64,000 nt of DNA from Verrucomicrobiia bacterium (GTDB taxonomy: Bacteria; Verrucomicrobiota; Verrucomicrobiia; Limisphaerales; UBA1319), in assembly GCA_963664225.1 (NCBI GenBank), contig OY760937.1, forward strand, positions 4,736,001-4,800,000, read 5' to 3'. Below are positions 9,173-19,507 of the stretch, piece by piece; within the stretch, counting starts at the first letter, position 1; each line of letters begins with the position of its first letter. A program made the position numbers and the translations under genes. Below the pieces are notes generated by a model. The model was not told the DNA's origin. It did no database searches and saw nothing but the letters and a program-made list of their open reading frames with translations.

Positions 9173-10279
9173 ATGAAGCGATCAAACCTCACCTCCTCGT
9201 TGTTCTCTTTGCTCATGGTCAGCAGCCTTTCAGCGCTGGCTGAAAACATCCCATTGCCGCGCAGCACGCCGGAGGCCCAGGGCGTTTCCTCGGCGGACAT
9301 CCGGGCCTACGTGGAGGCGGCGGATCAGCAGGTCAACACGATGCACAGTTTCATGCTGGTGCGGCATGGGCATGTCGTGGCGGAAGGTTGGTGGAAACCG
9401 GAAGCGGCGGACAAACCGCATGTGATGCATTCGTTAAGCAAGAGCTTCACATCGACGGCAGTCGGGCTCGCGGTCGCGGATGGGAAGTTGAGTGTCGATG
9501 ATCTGGTGCTGAAATTCTTCCCGGAGGAGGCACCAGCGCAGCCATCGAATAACCTCAAGGCGATGCGTGTGCGAGATCTGCTCACCATGACCTCGGGTCA
9601 GGAAGCGGAGGTGAAATTCTCGACGAATGCGCCCTGGGTGCAAACCTTCCTCGCGCAGCCAGTGCCGTTCAAGCCGGGCACGCATTTTCTCTACAACACG
9701 CCGGGCACCCACATGCTATCGGCCATCGTGCGCAAGGTGACCGGAGAAACCGTGCTGGACTATCTCAAGCCGCGATTGTTCGAGCCGCTGGGCATCGAAA
9801 ATCCCGAGTGGCCCAGCAGTCCGCAGGGCAACACCTTCGGCGGATGGGGCCTGAAGATTCGCACCGAGGACGTGGCGAAGTTTGGTCAGCTCTATTTGCA
9901 GAAGGGTAAATGGCACGGGAAGCAGCTTGTGCCCGCGGCTTGGGTGGCACAGGCGACCACGAAGCAGGTTTCCAACGGGAGCGATCCCACGAAAGATTGG
10001 GACCAGGGCTACTGCTTTCAATTCTGGCGCTGCCGTCATAATGCGTATCGGGGCGATGGAGCGAATGGACAGTTTTGCATAGTGCTGCCGGAACAGGACG
10101 CGGTGATCGCCATCACTGCTGACACGCGCGACATGCAGGCAGAGCTTAATGTCGTCTGGGACAAACTGCTGCCCGCGTTTCACGCCAAGCGTCTCCCGAC
10201 CAACAAGAAGGACAATCTTAAGCTGCAGGAAACACTCGCCAACCTCTCGGTTCGACCTGCGACCAACAGTGCGCCTTAG
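9173..10279 (+). CDS. Secreted serine hydrolase, beta-lactamase class C-like fold
   Basis: Signal peptide, SxxK (SLSK), DLLTMTSG, PGTHFLYN, KFGQLYLQKG.W.GKQLVP. Confidence 0.9.
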   Translation: MKRSNLTSSLFSLLMVSSLSALAENIPLPRSTPEAQGVSSADIRAYVEAADQQVNTMHSFMLVRHGHVVAEGWWKPEAADKPHVMHSLSKSFTSTAVGLAVADGKLSVDDLVLKFFPEEAPAQPSNNLKAMRVRDLLTMTSGQEAEVKFSTNAPWVQTFLAQPVPFKPGTHFLYNTPGTHMLSAIVRKVTGETVLDYLKPRLFEPLGIENPEWPSSPQGNTFGGWGLKIRTEDVAKFGQLYLQKGKWHGKQLVPAAWVAQATTKQVSNGSDPTKDWDQGYCFQFWRCRHNAYRGDGANGQFCIVLPEQDAVIAITADTRDMQAELNVVWDKLLPAFHAKRLPTNKKDNLKLQETLANLSVRPATNSAP

Positions 10280-10480
10280 ACATTGAGTCACGTGTTGGGG
10301 TGCCAGTAATGGCGATTGACGTCCGGGACGCCAGGATTAATGCTGCCGTTAAAGGCACGCATGGAAGCCAGAGGGCAGTCCTATCGTGCGCATTGTCGTG
10401 GAAATCCGGGATGTGAACAGGCCCGGGATAATGGTTCTTCCATTTATGTCCCACGCAGGCATCGCATTGAGTCAGCAAGC

Positions 10481-12139
10481 ATGAGAATAGCATCGATGAT
10501 ATTGGCGGCCTTACTGGCGGCCGCGGCCGGGGCGGCGACGCCCGAGGCGGTGACCAATGTATTTGAAAGCGCCACCGTGCCCATCGCGGAAAACCGGCTC
10601 GATAAGCTTGTGTTTGACGGGCTGGCAAAATTGAACCTCCAGCCGGTCCTCTGTTCCGACGCGGTGTTTGTCCGACGCGCCTTTCTGGATGTGATTGGCA
10701 CCCTGCCAACGGCGGCTGAAGCGCGGGAGTTCATTCAGGATCCAGACTCGAAAAACAAACGCCGGGTCTTGATCGAACAGTTGCTGGCCCGGGAAGAGTT
10801 TGCCGATAACTGGGCCATGAAGTGGGGTGACATCCTGCGGATCAAAGCGGAGTTTCCCGTGAACCTCTGGCCTAATGCGGCGCAGGCCTATCACCGGTGG
10901 GTCCGGGCCTCCATCGCGGAGAACAAACCGTACGACAAGTTCGTCCGCGAGTTGCTCACCTCCAGCGGCAGCAATTTCCGGGTGGGTCCGGTCAATTTCT
11001 ATCGCGCGATCCAGAACCGCACGCCGGAAGGGATTGCCACCGCGGTGGCGTTAACGTTCATGGGCGCGCGGTCGGAGTCCTGGCCGACCAATGAACTTTC
11101 CGGAATGGCGGCCTTTTTCGCGCAGGTTGGTTACAAGCCAACTCGCGAGTGGAAGGAGGAGATCGTCTTTTGGGATCCGCTCCATTCGACCGGATGGGCC
11201 ACCAACGATGCGTCGGGACTAGCGATTCAGCCGCCAGCGGTCAATCCGTTGCAACAGGCGGTTTTTCCAGATGGAACCCGGATTGAACTGCCCGCAAATC
11301 GCGATCCGCGCGAGATCTTTGCCGATTGGTTGATCACGCCCAAGAACCCCTGGTTCACACGCAGCGTGGCGAACCGCGTCTGGTCCTGGCTGCTGGGGCG
11401 CGGCATCTTTCAAGAGCCGGATGATATTCGGCCGGATAATCCGCCGAGCAATCCCGCGCTGCTGGCGTTTTTGGAACAGGAACTGATCGCCTCCCATTAC
11501 GACTTGCAGCATCTCTACAGGTTGATACTCAAATCGAACACCTATCAACTTTCCTCCATGGCAGGGACTAATAATGAGGCTGCCGCCAATTTTGGGAGGT
11601 ATCCCCTGCGGCGGCTGGATGCGGAGGTGTTGATTGACGCCATCAACAAGATTACGGGCGCGACCGATCTTTACACCAGTTCCATCCCGGAGCCGTTCAC
11701 CTATATTCCCGAAGACAAGCCAGCCATCGCGCTGCCGGACGGCAGCATCACCAGTCCCTTCCTGGCCTTGTTTGGGCGGTCGGCGCGTGCCACTGGATTG
11801 GAGAGCGAGCGCGACAACAAAGCGGTCCCTGCCCAGTCGCTGCACCTGCTTAATTCAAGTCATATTCAACGCAAGCTCGAACAAGGACCCAAACTCAAAG
11901 AGCTGCTCAATTCCGGCCGCAAACCGCCGGAAATCGTCGAGGAACTTTACCTGACCGTTCTCTCTCGCTTTCCGACGCCAGACGAGGTGACCAGCGCCCT
12001 GGCCTACGGCAGCCTCAGCGCAACGAACAAGCCGGGCAAGGCCGGGGCGCGCCCGGCAGGGGCTGCAAAACGGCGCGACGACTGGATGGACATCACCTGG
12101 GCGTTAATCAACAGCACCGAATTTCTTTATCGGCATTGA
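10481..12139 (+). CDS. DUF1549/DUF1553 (PSCyt2/PSD1) domain protein lacking the CxxCH motif
   Basis: CSDAVFVRRAFLDVIGTLPT, NKPYDKFVRELL, NPWFTRSVANRVWSWLLGRG, NPPSNPALL, RRLDAEVLIDAI, WALINSTEFLYRH. Start placed at MRIASMIL (signal peptide). Confidence 0.9.
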   Translation: MRIASMILAALLAAAAGAATPEAVTNVFESATVPIAENRLDKLVFDGLAKLNLQPVLCSDAVFVRRAFLDVIGTLPTAAEAREFIQDPDSKNKRRVLIEQLLAREEFADNWAMKWGDILRIKAEFPVNLWPNAAQAYHRWVRASIAENKPYDKFVRELLTSSGSNFRVGPVNFYRAIQNRTPEGIATAVALTFMGARSESWPTNELSGMAAFFAQVGYKPTREWKEEIVFWDPLHSTGWATNDASGLAIQPPAVNPLQQAVFPDGTRIELPANRDPREIFADWLITPKNPWFTRSVANRVWSWLLGRGIFQEPDDIRPDNPPSNPALLAFLEQELIASHYDLQHLYRLILKSNTYQLSSMAGTNNEAAANFGRYPLRRLDAEVLIDAINKITGATDLYTSSIPEPFTYIPEDKPAIALPDGSITSPFLALFGRSARATGLESERDNKAVPAQSLHLLNSSHIQRKLEQGPKLKELLNSGRKPPEIVEELYLTVLSRFPTPDEVTSALAYGSLSATNKPGKAGARPAGAAKRRDDWMDITWALINSTEFLYRH

Positions 12140-12171
12140 GGTCGAGCCAAGAAGAAATGCGCTTTAATGAC

Positions 12172-13530
12172 ATGAAAACAAACCACACCCCGTCCCACGA
12201 AAGAAGGATTTCACGACGCGAGGCGATGCGCCGGGGCCTTTGCGGCACGGCGGGTTTGCTGCTGGCCGGGGGGCTTGGCGCGGATGCCCTGGCGGCCGAG
12301 ACGAAGCAGGCTGCCAAGATCCAACCCAAAGCCCGATCGGTCATCCAGGTTTTCTTGTGGGGCGGCATGTCGCATAACGACACCTGGGATCCGAAACCGG
12401 ACTCCGGCTACGATTACATGGGTGATTTCTCGAAGGTCATTCCCACCAACGTGGACGGCATTCAGCTCGGGGCGCTGTTTCCCGAACTGGCGAAACAGGC
12501 CGATAAATATTCCCTGATCCGTAGCATGACCCATGGGAACAACGGCCATGAAACGGCGGCCTACCTGATGCAAACCGGACACACACCCGGCGAACGGCTG
12601 GCGTATCCCAGCGTTGGTGCGGTGTTTTCCTTGTTCAAGAGTCCCGAATACAAGGGGATCATTCCGCCGTATGTGGTGCTGACCCAGCCCCAGGGGCGGT
12701 TCTCCGAAGAGGGCTTTTTGGGACCGAAATATAAACCCTTTGCCACGGGTGGGGATCCGAATGCGGCACGGTTCGAGGTGGAAGGTGTCGTGGCCCGGGG
12801 CATCTCCGATGACCGCCAAAAGAATCGGCGCGAGTTGCTCGAAAAGATGAACACGCTGGGCAACGCGATGAGCGCCAATCCGCAAGTGGCGGCCGCAGAA
12901 GATGCGAGGGACAAGGCTTACGAATTGATACTGGGCCAGGGCAAGGATGTGTTCGATCTCTCCAAGGAGAAACCGGAATTGCGGGATCGGTATGGCCGTC
13001 ACACGTTTGGGCAGGACTGCCTTGTGGCGCGGCGGTTGGTCGAGACAGGAGTTCCGTATGTTGTCATCAACTACCCCGGTGGGTGGGACACTCACAGCAA
13101 CCATTTTGCGACCATGCGCCGACAGTGCCCGCAACTGGATCAAGGACTGGCGATGCTGCTGCAGGATTTGAAGGATCGCGATTTGCTCGAGAGCACGATC
13201 GTCTGGTGTTGCGGGGAGTTTGGCCGGGGGCCCAAGGTGGACTGGCAGCCGCCGTGGAATGGGGGGCGCAACCATTACGGCAAAGTCTTCACCGTCCTGG
13301 TCGCCGGCGGCGGGTTCAAGGGTGGTCACATTGTCGGATCCTCCGACGCCAAAGCAGAGGAGGTCAAGGAGCGACCCGTTTATCCGGTGGACCTGCTCGG
13401 CAGCATTTATAAATTGGCCGGCATCGATGCCAACACCCGATTGCCGCACCCCATGGGCCTGGAAGCGCATGTGCTGCCCGACGCCTCGGAAGGGGTGAAG
13501 TCCGCCGGACTGCTGACCGAGATCATGTAG
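12172..13530 (+). CDS. Tat-exported DUF1501 domain protein
   Basis: Twin-arginine signal (SRREAMRRG), GGMSHNDTWDPKP, LVARRLVETGV, GGWDTH, GEFGR, AGGGFKGG. Confidence 0.92.
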   Translation: MKTNHTPSHERRISRREAMRRGLCGTAGLLLAGGLGADALAAETKQAAKIQPKARSVIQVFLWGGMSHNDTWDPKPDSGYDYMGDFSKVIPTNVDGIQLGALFPELAKQADKYSLIRSMTHGNNGHETAAYLMQTGHTPGERLAYPSVGAVFSLFKSPEYKGIIPPYVVLTQPQGRFSEEGFLGPKYKPFATGGDPNAARFEVEGVVARGISDDRQKNRRELLEKMNTLGNAMSANPQVAAAEDARDKAYELILGQGKDVFDLSKEKPELRDRYGRHTFGQDCLVARRLVETGVPYVVINYPGGWDTHSNHFATMRRQCPQLDQGLAMLLQDLKDRDLLESTIVWCCGEFGRGPKVDWQPPWNGGRNHYGKVFTVLVAGGGFKGGHIVGSSDAKAEEVKERPVYPVDLLGSIYKLAGIDANTRLPHPMGLEAHVLPDASEGVKSAGLLTEIM

Positions 13531-13539
13531 CCATTCCTG

Positions 13540-15765
13540 ATGAAACCCATGCGCTTGATTAAATACATTATGGTCCTGGCCTTGGGACTGGCCGGTTTGG
13601 CGATCGTTACACCAGTCGCGCATGCGCAGGGGCGGCCGTATGTCGGTTTTGCCTATCCAGCGGGCGGCCAGCAAGGCACGACATTTAAGATCAGGCTGGG
13701 CGGTCAAGGCTTGGACGGTGTCAACGAGGCGCTTATTACCGGCTCGGGCGTAACCGCCAAAGTGGTGGAGTATCACCGGAGACTCAACAACCAGGAGATG
13801 CAGTTGTTGAAGGAGCAATTGAAGATATTGAAGCAAACGAACGCCGAGGTTGCCACGGTAATGGCCCCGCAGATGATGCCCGATCTCATGGATGAGATGT
13901 CTGCAGGAGAGGCTCCGGCCAAAGATGATCTGATCGTCAGAATCGGGGAGCGGATCGACGAATTTGTTCCAACACCGGCCAGCGCCTCAATCTCATCGCT
14001 GGTTTTTGTGGAGGTTAAGATTGCGCCAGACGCCCAGCCGGGCGCGCGGGAAATTCGTCTGGCAACCTTGAGAGGGGTGTCGAATCCGCTCATGTTCCAC
14101 GTCGGCCAGGTGCCGGAGTTCAGCCGGAAACCAATGCTTACCGCCACACTGCAAGTGCTCGGCAAGGAGGCACAGGCGTTGCGCAAGCGTCCTGCCGCTG
14201 AGGTGGAGGATCGCATCACCATACCCTGCACCGTAAATGGCCAGATCGCCTCGGGTGAAGAAAATCGGTATCGATTCACGGCACGCAAAGGTCAACGGCT
14301 GGTGCTCACCACCCTGGGTCGGCAACTGATCCCGTTTATTGCCGATGCGGTTCCCGGCTGGTTTCAACCTGTCCTGGCCCTTTACGACGCGGATGGGAAG
14401 GAGGTGGCGTATGACGACGACTACCGGTTCATGCCAGATCCGATCCTTTTTTACGAAGTGCCCAAGGACGGGGAATTTGTATTCGCAATCCACGACAGTA
14501 TCTACCGCGGGCGCGAGGATTTCGTTTATCGTGTCACCATTGGCGAACTGCCTTTTGTAACAGGGATATTTCCTTTAGGTGGCCGGGCGGGGGCTCCGGT
14601 GACCCTCAAGATGAAAGGCTGGAACCTCGATAAGACCGAACAGACGCCACCGGCAAATGAAGCCGGGCCGGGAATTTATCTGCTCACAACGAGCGGGAAA
14701 GGATTTGTTTCCAATCGCGTGCCGTTCGCATTGGACACATTGCCTGAATGCTTCGACAAGGAACCCAACAACGACCCTGCGCATGCCCAAAAGGTAAAAC
14801 CACCCATGATCGTCAACGGGCGGATTGATCGACCGGACGATTGGGACGTGTTCCAATTCACGGGCAAATCCAATGACACGATCGTTGCGGAAGTTTCTGC
14901 GCGCCGACTCGATTCGCCGCTGGATTCCGTGCTCAAACTCACCGATGCGCAAGGCACCTTGCTGGCGTTTAACGATGACCACGCAGGCCTGGGATCGGGA
15001 GTAAACACGCACGACGCGGATTCTTATCTCATGGCCAGACTCCCTGCGGACGGCACCTATTATGTCCATTTGGGCGACACCGCGCGCAATGGCGGTGAAG
15101 CGTACGCCTACCGCTTGCGCATCAGCGCGCCGCAACCTGATTTTGCGCTGCGCGTCGTGCCATCCAGCGCCAGCCTTCGCAGGAACTCCACCGTCGCTGT
15201 CACCGTTCATGCCATACGCAGGGACGGCTTCACCGGCCCCATAAAACTGAGTCTGAAAGACGCGCCGGGGGGATTCACCTCGGCGCCAGTGACTTTGTCG
15301 GCGACTCAAACTGTGGCACAGCTCACGATTAAAACTACCCTGGTTGCAACGAAGGAGCCAGCTGCCCTGTCCATCGTTGGCAGCGCGAAGATTGGTGAAG
15401 CCGTGATCATCCATGAGGCCGTTCCTGCGGAAGACCGGATGCAAGCTTTCTTGTGGCGACACCTCGTTCCCGCCCAGGACTTCCAGGTCGTGGTCTTCGA
15501 TCCGGGATACAATCCAACGCCCCGACGCGCACCGCGGGTCCGTCCGTCGGCCCCGGTCGAAACCAACGCGACCTTCGCAGCCACGGCTCCGATGGCCACT
15601 GTGGGAACGAACACCGCGGCCACTGTTCCGGCGACCAAGAAACTCAACTTCACCAAACAACAGATCACCGGGCGTCTAAGGCAATTAAAACTGCTTTACG
15701 AAGAGGATTTGCTCACGGAAGATTTCTACGACGACAAGGTTGCAGAATGCGAAGCCGCGCGGTGA
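13540..15765 (+). CDS. Secreted PPC-domain (pre-peptidase C-terminal) protein of the DUF1501-cluster type, with SHOCT-like tail
   Basis: YPAGGQQGTT, KEPNND, NGRIDRPDDWDVF, ARRLDSPLDSVL, ADGTYYV, YRLRIS.PQPDF. C-terminus RLRQLKLLYEEDLLTEDFYDDKV. Confidence 0.85.
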   Translation: MKPMRLIKYIMVLALGLAGLAIVTPVAHAQGRPYVGFAYPAGGQQGTTFKIRLGGQGLDGVNEALITGSGVTAKVVEYHRRLNNQEMQLLKEQLKILKQTNAEVATVMAPQMMPDLMDEMSAGEAPAKDDLIVRIGERIDEFVPTPASASISSLVFVEVKIAPDAQPGAREIRLATLRGVSNPLMFHVGQVPEFSRKPMLTATLQVLGKEAQALRKRPAAEVEDRITIPCTVNGQIASGEENRYRFTARKGQRLVLTTLGRQLIPFIADAVPGWFQPVLALYDADGKEVAYDDDYRFMPDPILFYEVPKDGEFVFAIHDSIYRGREDFVYRVTIGELPFVTGIFPLGGRAGAPVTLKMKGWNLDKTEQTPPANEAGPGIYLLTTSGKGFVSNRVPFALDTLPECFDKEPNNDPAHAQKVKPPMIVNGRIDRPDDWDVFQFTGKSNDTIVAEVSARRLDSPLDSVLKLTDAQGTLLAFNDDHAGLGSGVNTHDADSYLMARLPADGTYYVHLGDTARNGGEAYAYRLRISAPQPDFALRVVPSSASLRRNSTVAVTVHAIRRDGFTGPIKLSLKDAPGGFTSAPVTLSATQTVAQLTIKTTLVATKEPAALSIVGSAKIGEAVIIHEAVPAEDRMQAFLWRHLVPAQDFQVVVFDPGYNPTPRRAPRVRPSAPVETNATFAATAPMATVGTNTAATVPATKKLNFTKQQITGRLRQLKLLYEEDLLTEDFYDDKVAECEAAR

Positions 15766-15781
15766 ATTGTTGAGATAAACC

Positions 15782-15910
15782 ATGAACCAAAAATCCAAAG
15801 ACCGTCTGTTTAACGCGGCGTTGATCGCGCTGTTTTTGGTCATTCTCACAGGGTGCGCGTGGTGGATCATACATACCATGACCAAATGGACGATCAAGGG
15901 ACTGGGCTAG
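15782..15910 (+). CDS. Putative 42-aa single-pass membrane protein or small lipoprotein
   Basis: Below the ORF-track cutoff: MNQKSKDRLFNAALIALFLVILTGCAWWIIHTMTKWTIKGLG*. Starts 16 nt after the PPC gene stop. Confidence 0.5.
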   Translation: MNQKSKDRLFNAALIALFLVILTGCAWWIIHTMTKWTIKGLG

Positions 15911-16072
15911 AAACTGCAGAAAACTCCGCAATGTCCACATTCATTGCGACTCTCAGCAGGCTTCCGAAATGCAAATCAAGGGCAAAACGCTCGAACGAAT
16001 TGAGAGAGACCTTGTGGAACGAAACGGAGGAAACCAAAAAACCCAGAAACTTAAAGGCGCTGAATTAACTCC

Positions 16073-19000
16073 ATGTCAATAGAGATGTCACACAAAGAAG
16101 TTGCCTATAACAAGCAGCCGGTAAAAGGCAAAGGGTTGGGCGCCGTTGCCGTCCGGATAGAGGAAGTCGTGATCCCGACTTACATGCCCGCGCTGCCTGA
16201 CAAGAATCCGATGTTTTTGGAGAAGCGGGTTTATCAGGGAAGCAGCGGGAAGGTCTATCCACTGCCTTTTACCGACCGCATTGCTGAAAAGCCGATGGAT
16301 CGCAAGTGGAAAGCCGTGTGGATCGAGAACGAGTTCATCCGCGCCATGGTGCTGCCCGAAATCGGCGGGCGCATTCACATCCTTCAGGACAAGACCAACG
16401 GTTATGATGTCATTTACAACCAGCCCGTGATCAAACCCGCGCTGGTGGGATTGAGTGGACCGTGGATCAGCGGTGGCATTGAGTTCAACTGGCCGCAACA
16501 CCACCGTCCGGCGACGTTTCTGCCTGCGGACTTTGAGATCGAGGAACACGCGGACGGCTCGAAAACGATCTGGTGCAGTGACCATGATCCCATGGCGCGC
16601 ATGAAAGGCATGCATGGCATATGCCTGCACCCCGGCCGCTCCCACCTGGAACTCAAGGTCCGGGCCTATAATCGGACCCCGTTTACGCAGACGTTTCTCT
16701 GGTGGGCCAACGTGGCGACACGCGTTCATGAATCCTATCAGAGCTTTTTCCCGCCAGACGTTTATTATGTGGCCGATCATGCGCGACGCTCCATGAGCGA
16801 GTATCCGCTCTGCCAGGGTAAATATTACGGGGTGGATTATGGCGAGCGCGGACGCAAAGGCGTGCCAATGACCGGGCGACCCGCGAAGTTTATTCCACCG
16901 CACTGCGGTGGGAAGGAAGACGTGGACTATGCGCCGAACGATTTGTCCTTCTACGCGAACATTCCCGTTCCCACATCCTACATGTGCATGGGGAGCAAGG
17001 AGGATTTCTTTGGCGGCTACGATTATGCGGCGCAGGCCGGGATTGTCCACTATGCCAATCACCATATCTCGCCTGGGAAGAAACAGTGGACCTGGGGCAA
17101 TCACGAGTTCGGTTATGCCTGGGATCGCAACCTTACCGATGCCGATTCGCGCGGTGAGTTCGCCCCTTACATCGAGATCATGGCCGGAGTTTACACGGAT
17201 AACCAACCCGACTTCAGCTTCCTGCAACCCGGCGAAACAAAATCCTGGAGTCAGTATTGGTATCCAATTCAGAAAATTGGCCCTGCTCGCCACGCCAATC
17301 CCGATGCGGCCCTTAATCTGCAATTAGTAAAAGGTGAATTGCACTTTGGCGTAGCGGTCACTTCCATCCGGCCTCGAGCGGTTGTCAGCATAACCGCGAA
17401 GGGGAGGCGGTTGGTGCAGTTCAAGCGCGACCTTTCGCCTGCGCAGCCGCTGGTTGAGAAAATTAAATTGCCGCACGGCATTGCCGAAACGGACTTGGTC
17501 ATTCGCGTTAACGATGAGGCAGGCTGTGAGCTGATTGCGTATCAACCCAAGAGACGCGTGAAGGGGGACGTGCCTCCACCTGCCACGGAGCCGCCAGAGC
17601 CAGAACAGATAAAGAGCGCGGACGAACTTTTTATTATCGGGCTGCATCTTGATCAATACCGCCACGCCACTCGATCACCGGTGCTCTATTGGCGTGAAGC
17701 GTTGCGCCGGGATCCTCTCGATGCGCGCTGCAATAATGCAATGGGCTTGTGGCATCTGCGCCGGGGTGAATTGCCTGACGCGGAAAAGCATTTTCGCAAG
17801 GCCATTGAACGCCTTACGAGTCGCAACTCGAATCCTTACGACGGTGAAGCTTTCCATAATCTCGGCTTGTGTCTGCGTTTCTCAGATCGTGACGACGACG
17901 CTTACGCTGCATTCTACAAGGCGACCTGGAATCAGGCTTGGGCCGCGGCCAGTTACCACGCTCTGGCGGAAATCGATTGCACGCGCTCAGATTGGAGGAC
18001 TGCTTTGGAGCACATCAATCGGTCGTTGCGTTTCGATAGCGATCCTCTCCGCGCGCGAAACCTGAAAGTCCTGATTTTGCGAAGATTGGGCGATGTCGGC
18101 GCGGCTAACATACTGCTTCAGGATACGCTCCAACTCGACCGGCTCGATTGGTGGGCACGCCATCTCAATGGGCAGCGTGTGGGCTGCGATTTGCAGACCC
18201 AGTTGGATGTCGCGCACGATTATGCCAGGGCCGGTTTTCTGGACGAGGCTATTGATTTACTCAAAGGTGCGACAGCAACGCCGCGTGATTTGCCAGATCA
18301 AAGTTGGGGTGCCTTGCCATTGGTTCATTATACACTGGGTTGGTTGGAGACGAAGAGGTGCGATCCAAAGGCGGCATTAAGCCAATTCAAACGAGCGGCT
18401 GCACTGGACCCTGATTATTGCTTTCCGGCGCGCCTTGAAGAAATTGCCGTTCTCGAAACAGCCATGCGCGCAAATCCTGGTGATGCCCGGGCTCCGTATT
18501 ACCTTGGGAATTTGCTTTATGACCGTCGGCGTCACGAAGAGGCGATCCGTTTGTGGGAACGCAGCGCAAAGCTTGATCCAGAATTCTCCATTGTCTGGCG
18601 CAATCTCGGCATCGGTTACTTCAACATTCGGAAACAACCAGCCAAAGCTCGCGCGAGTTACAATCAGGCGTTCAAAGTCAATCCGGGCGACGCGCGGTTG
18701 CTCTACGAGCGTGATCAACTTTGGAAGCGTTTGGGTGACAAGCCGCAGAAGCGCCTGGGAGAACTCGCCAGGCATCCCGATCTCGTCCAGCAAAGAGATG
18801 ATTTGAGCGTTGAACTGTGCGCGATATTTAATCAGACAGGCCAGTACGACAAGGCTACCGAGATGGTCGCCAGTCGGCAGTTTCAGCCCTGGGAAGGCGG
18901 CGAGGGCGGGCCACTGGGACAGCATGTACGCGCTCAACTCGCTCTGGGTCGCATGGCGTTGGAACGACGCGATTTTACCGAAGCCCGCGCGCATTTTGAA

Positions 19001-19507
19001 CAGGCCCTTGCAGCGCCGCGGAATTTGAGCGAAGCCAGGCATTTGCTGGCGAATCAAAGTGATATCCATTACTGGCTTGGTTGCGCGCACGCCGGTTTGG
19101 GCGATTCCGCGTCCGCCAAAAAGCACTGGATTGCGTCAGCGAATTTCAAGGGTGATTTTCAGGAAATGAGCGTTCGCGCATTCAGTGAGATGACCTATTA
19201 CTCGGCGCTTTCCTGGGAGAAACTTGGCCAGCATGTGCAATCGAAACAATTGCTTCTGGATTTGCTCGCGCATGCCCGGAAACTTGAGAAAACTACAGCA
19301 AAGATCGATTACTTTGCCACATCTCTCCCAACCATGCTCCTGTTCGATGACGACATGCAATATCGTCAGGTGACCACCGCGTTATTCCTGCAGGCGCAGG
19401 CGCACCTTGGACTTGGCAAGAAGGCGAAAGCGAAGTCGTTGCTTCGAACGGTTCTAATGCGGGACCCAAACCACGCGCTGGCGGCGGATCTTTTAAGCGG
19501 GCTTTGA
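16073..19507 (+). CDS. DUF5107 domain + TPR repeat protein (YphG-like)
   Basis: RVYQGSSGKVYP, ENEFIRAMVLPEIGGRI, IKPALVGL.GPWISGGIEFNWPQHHRP, PGKKQWTWG, YIEIMAGVYTDNQPDF, followed by many TPR-like repeats. Confidence 0.92.
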   Translation: MSIEMSHKEVAYNKQPVKGKGLGAVAVRIEEVVIPTYMPALPDKNPMFLEKRVYQGSSGKVYPLPFTDRIAEKPMDRKWKAVWIENEFIRAMVLPEIGGRIHILQDKTNGYDVIYNQPVIKPALVGLSGPWISGGIEFNWPQHHRPATFLPADFEIEEHADGSKTIWCSDHDPMARMKGMHGICLHPGRSHLELKVRAYNRTPFTQTFLWWANVATRVHESYQSFFPPDVYYVADHARRSMSEYPLCQGKYYGVDYGERGRKGVPMTGRPAKFIPPHCGGKEDVDYAPNDLSFYANIPVPTSYMCMGSKEDFFGGYDYAAQAGIVHYANHHISPGKKQWTWGNHEFGYAWDRNLTDADSRGEFAPYIEIMAGVYTDNQPDFSFLQPGETKSWSQYWYPIQKIGPARHANPDAALNLQLVKGELHFGVAVTSIRPRAVVSITAKGRRLVQFKRDLSPAQPLVEKIKLPHGIAETDLVIRVNDEAGCELIAYQPKRRVKGDVPPPATEPPEPEQIKSADELFIIGLHLDQYRHATRSPVLYWREALRRDPLDARCNNAMGLWHLRRGELPDAEKHFRKAIERLTSRNSNPYDGEAFHNLGLCLRFSDRDDDAYAAFYKATWNQAWAAASYHALAEIDCTRSDWRTALEHINRSLRFDSDPLRARNLKVLILRRLGDVGAANILLQDTLQLDRLDWWARHLNGQRVGCDLQTQLDVAHDYARAGFLDEAIDLLKGATATPRDLPDQSWGALPLVHYTLGWLETKRCDPKAALSQFKRAAALDPDYCFPARLEEIAVLETAMRANPGDARAPYYLGNLLYDRRRHEEAIRLWERSAKLDPEFSIVWRNLGIGYFNIRKQPAKARASYNQAFKVNPGDARLLYERDQLWKRLGDKPQKRLGELARHPDLVQQRDDLSVELCAIFNQTGQYDKATEMVASRQFQPWEGGEGGPLGQHVRAQLALGRMALERRDFTEARAHFEQALAAPRNLSEARHLLANQSDIHYWLGCAHAGLGDSASAKKHWIASANFKGDFQEMSVRAFSEMTYYSALSWEKLGQHVQSKQLLLDLLAHARKLEKTTAKIDYFATSLPTMLLFDDDMQYRQVTTALFLQAQAHLGLGKKAKAKSLLRTVLMRDPNHALAADLLSGL

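Noticed and set aside
9173..10279. Beta-lactam resistance gene
   Set aside because: The SxxK fold is shared with esterases and amidases, and nothing specific to AmpC is evident.
12211..13836. Long antisense ORFs (541 aa here; also 5476-6528, 14575-15660, 16088-17323, 43627-44880, 49382-50527)
   Set aside because: Each shadows a well-supported gene on the opposite strand and has no motifs. This is expected from GC-rich codon bias.
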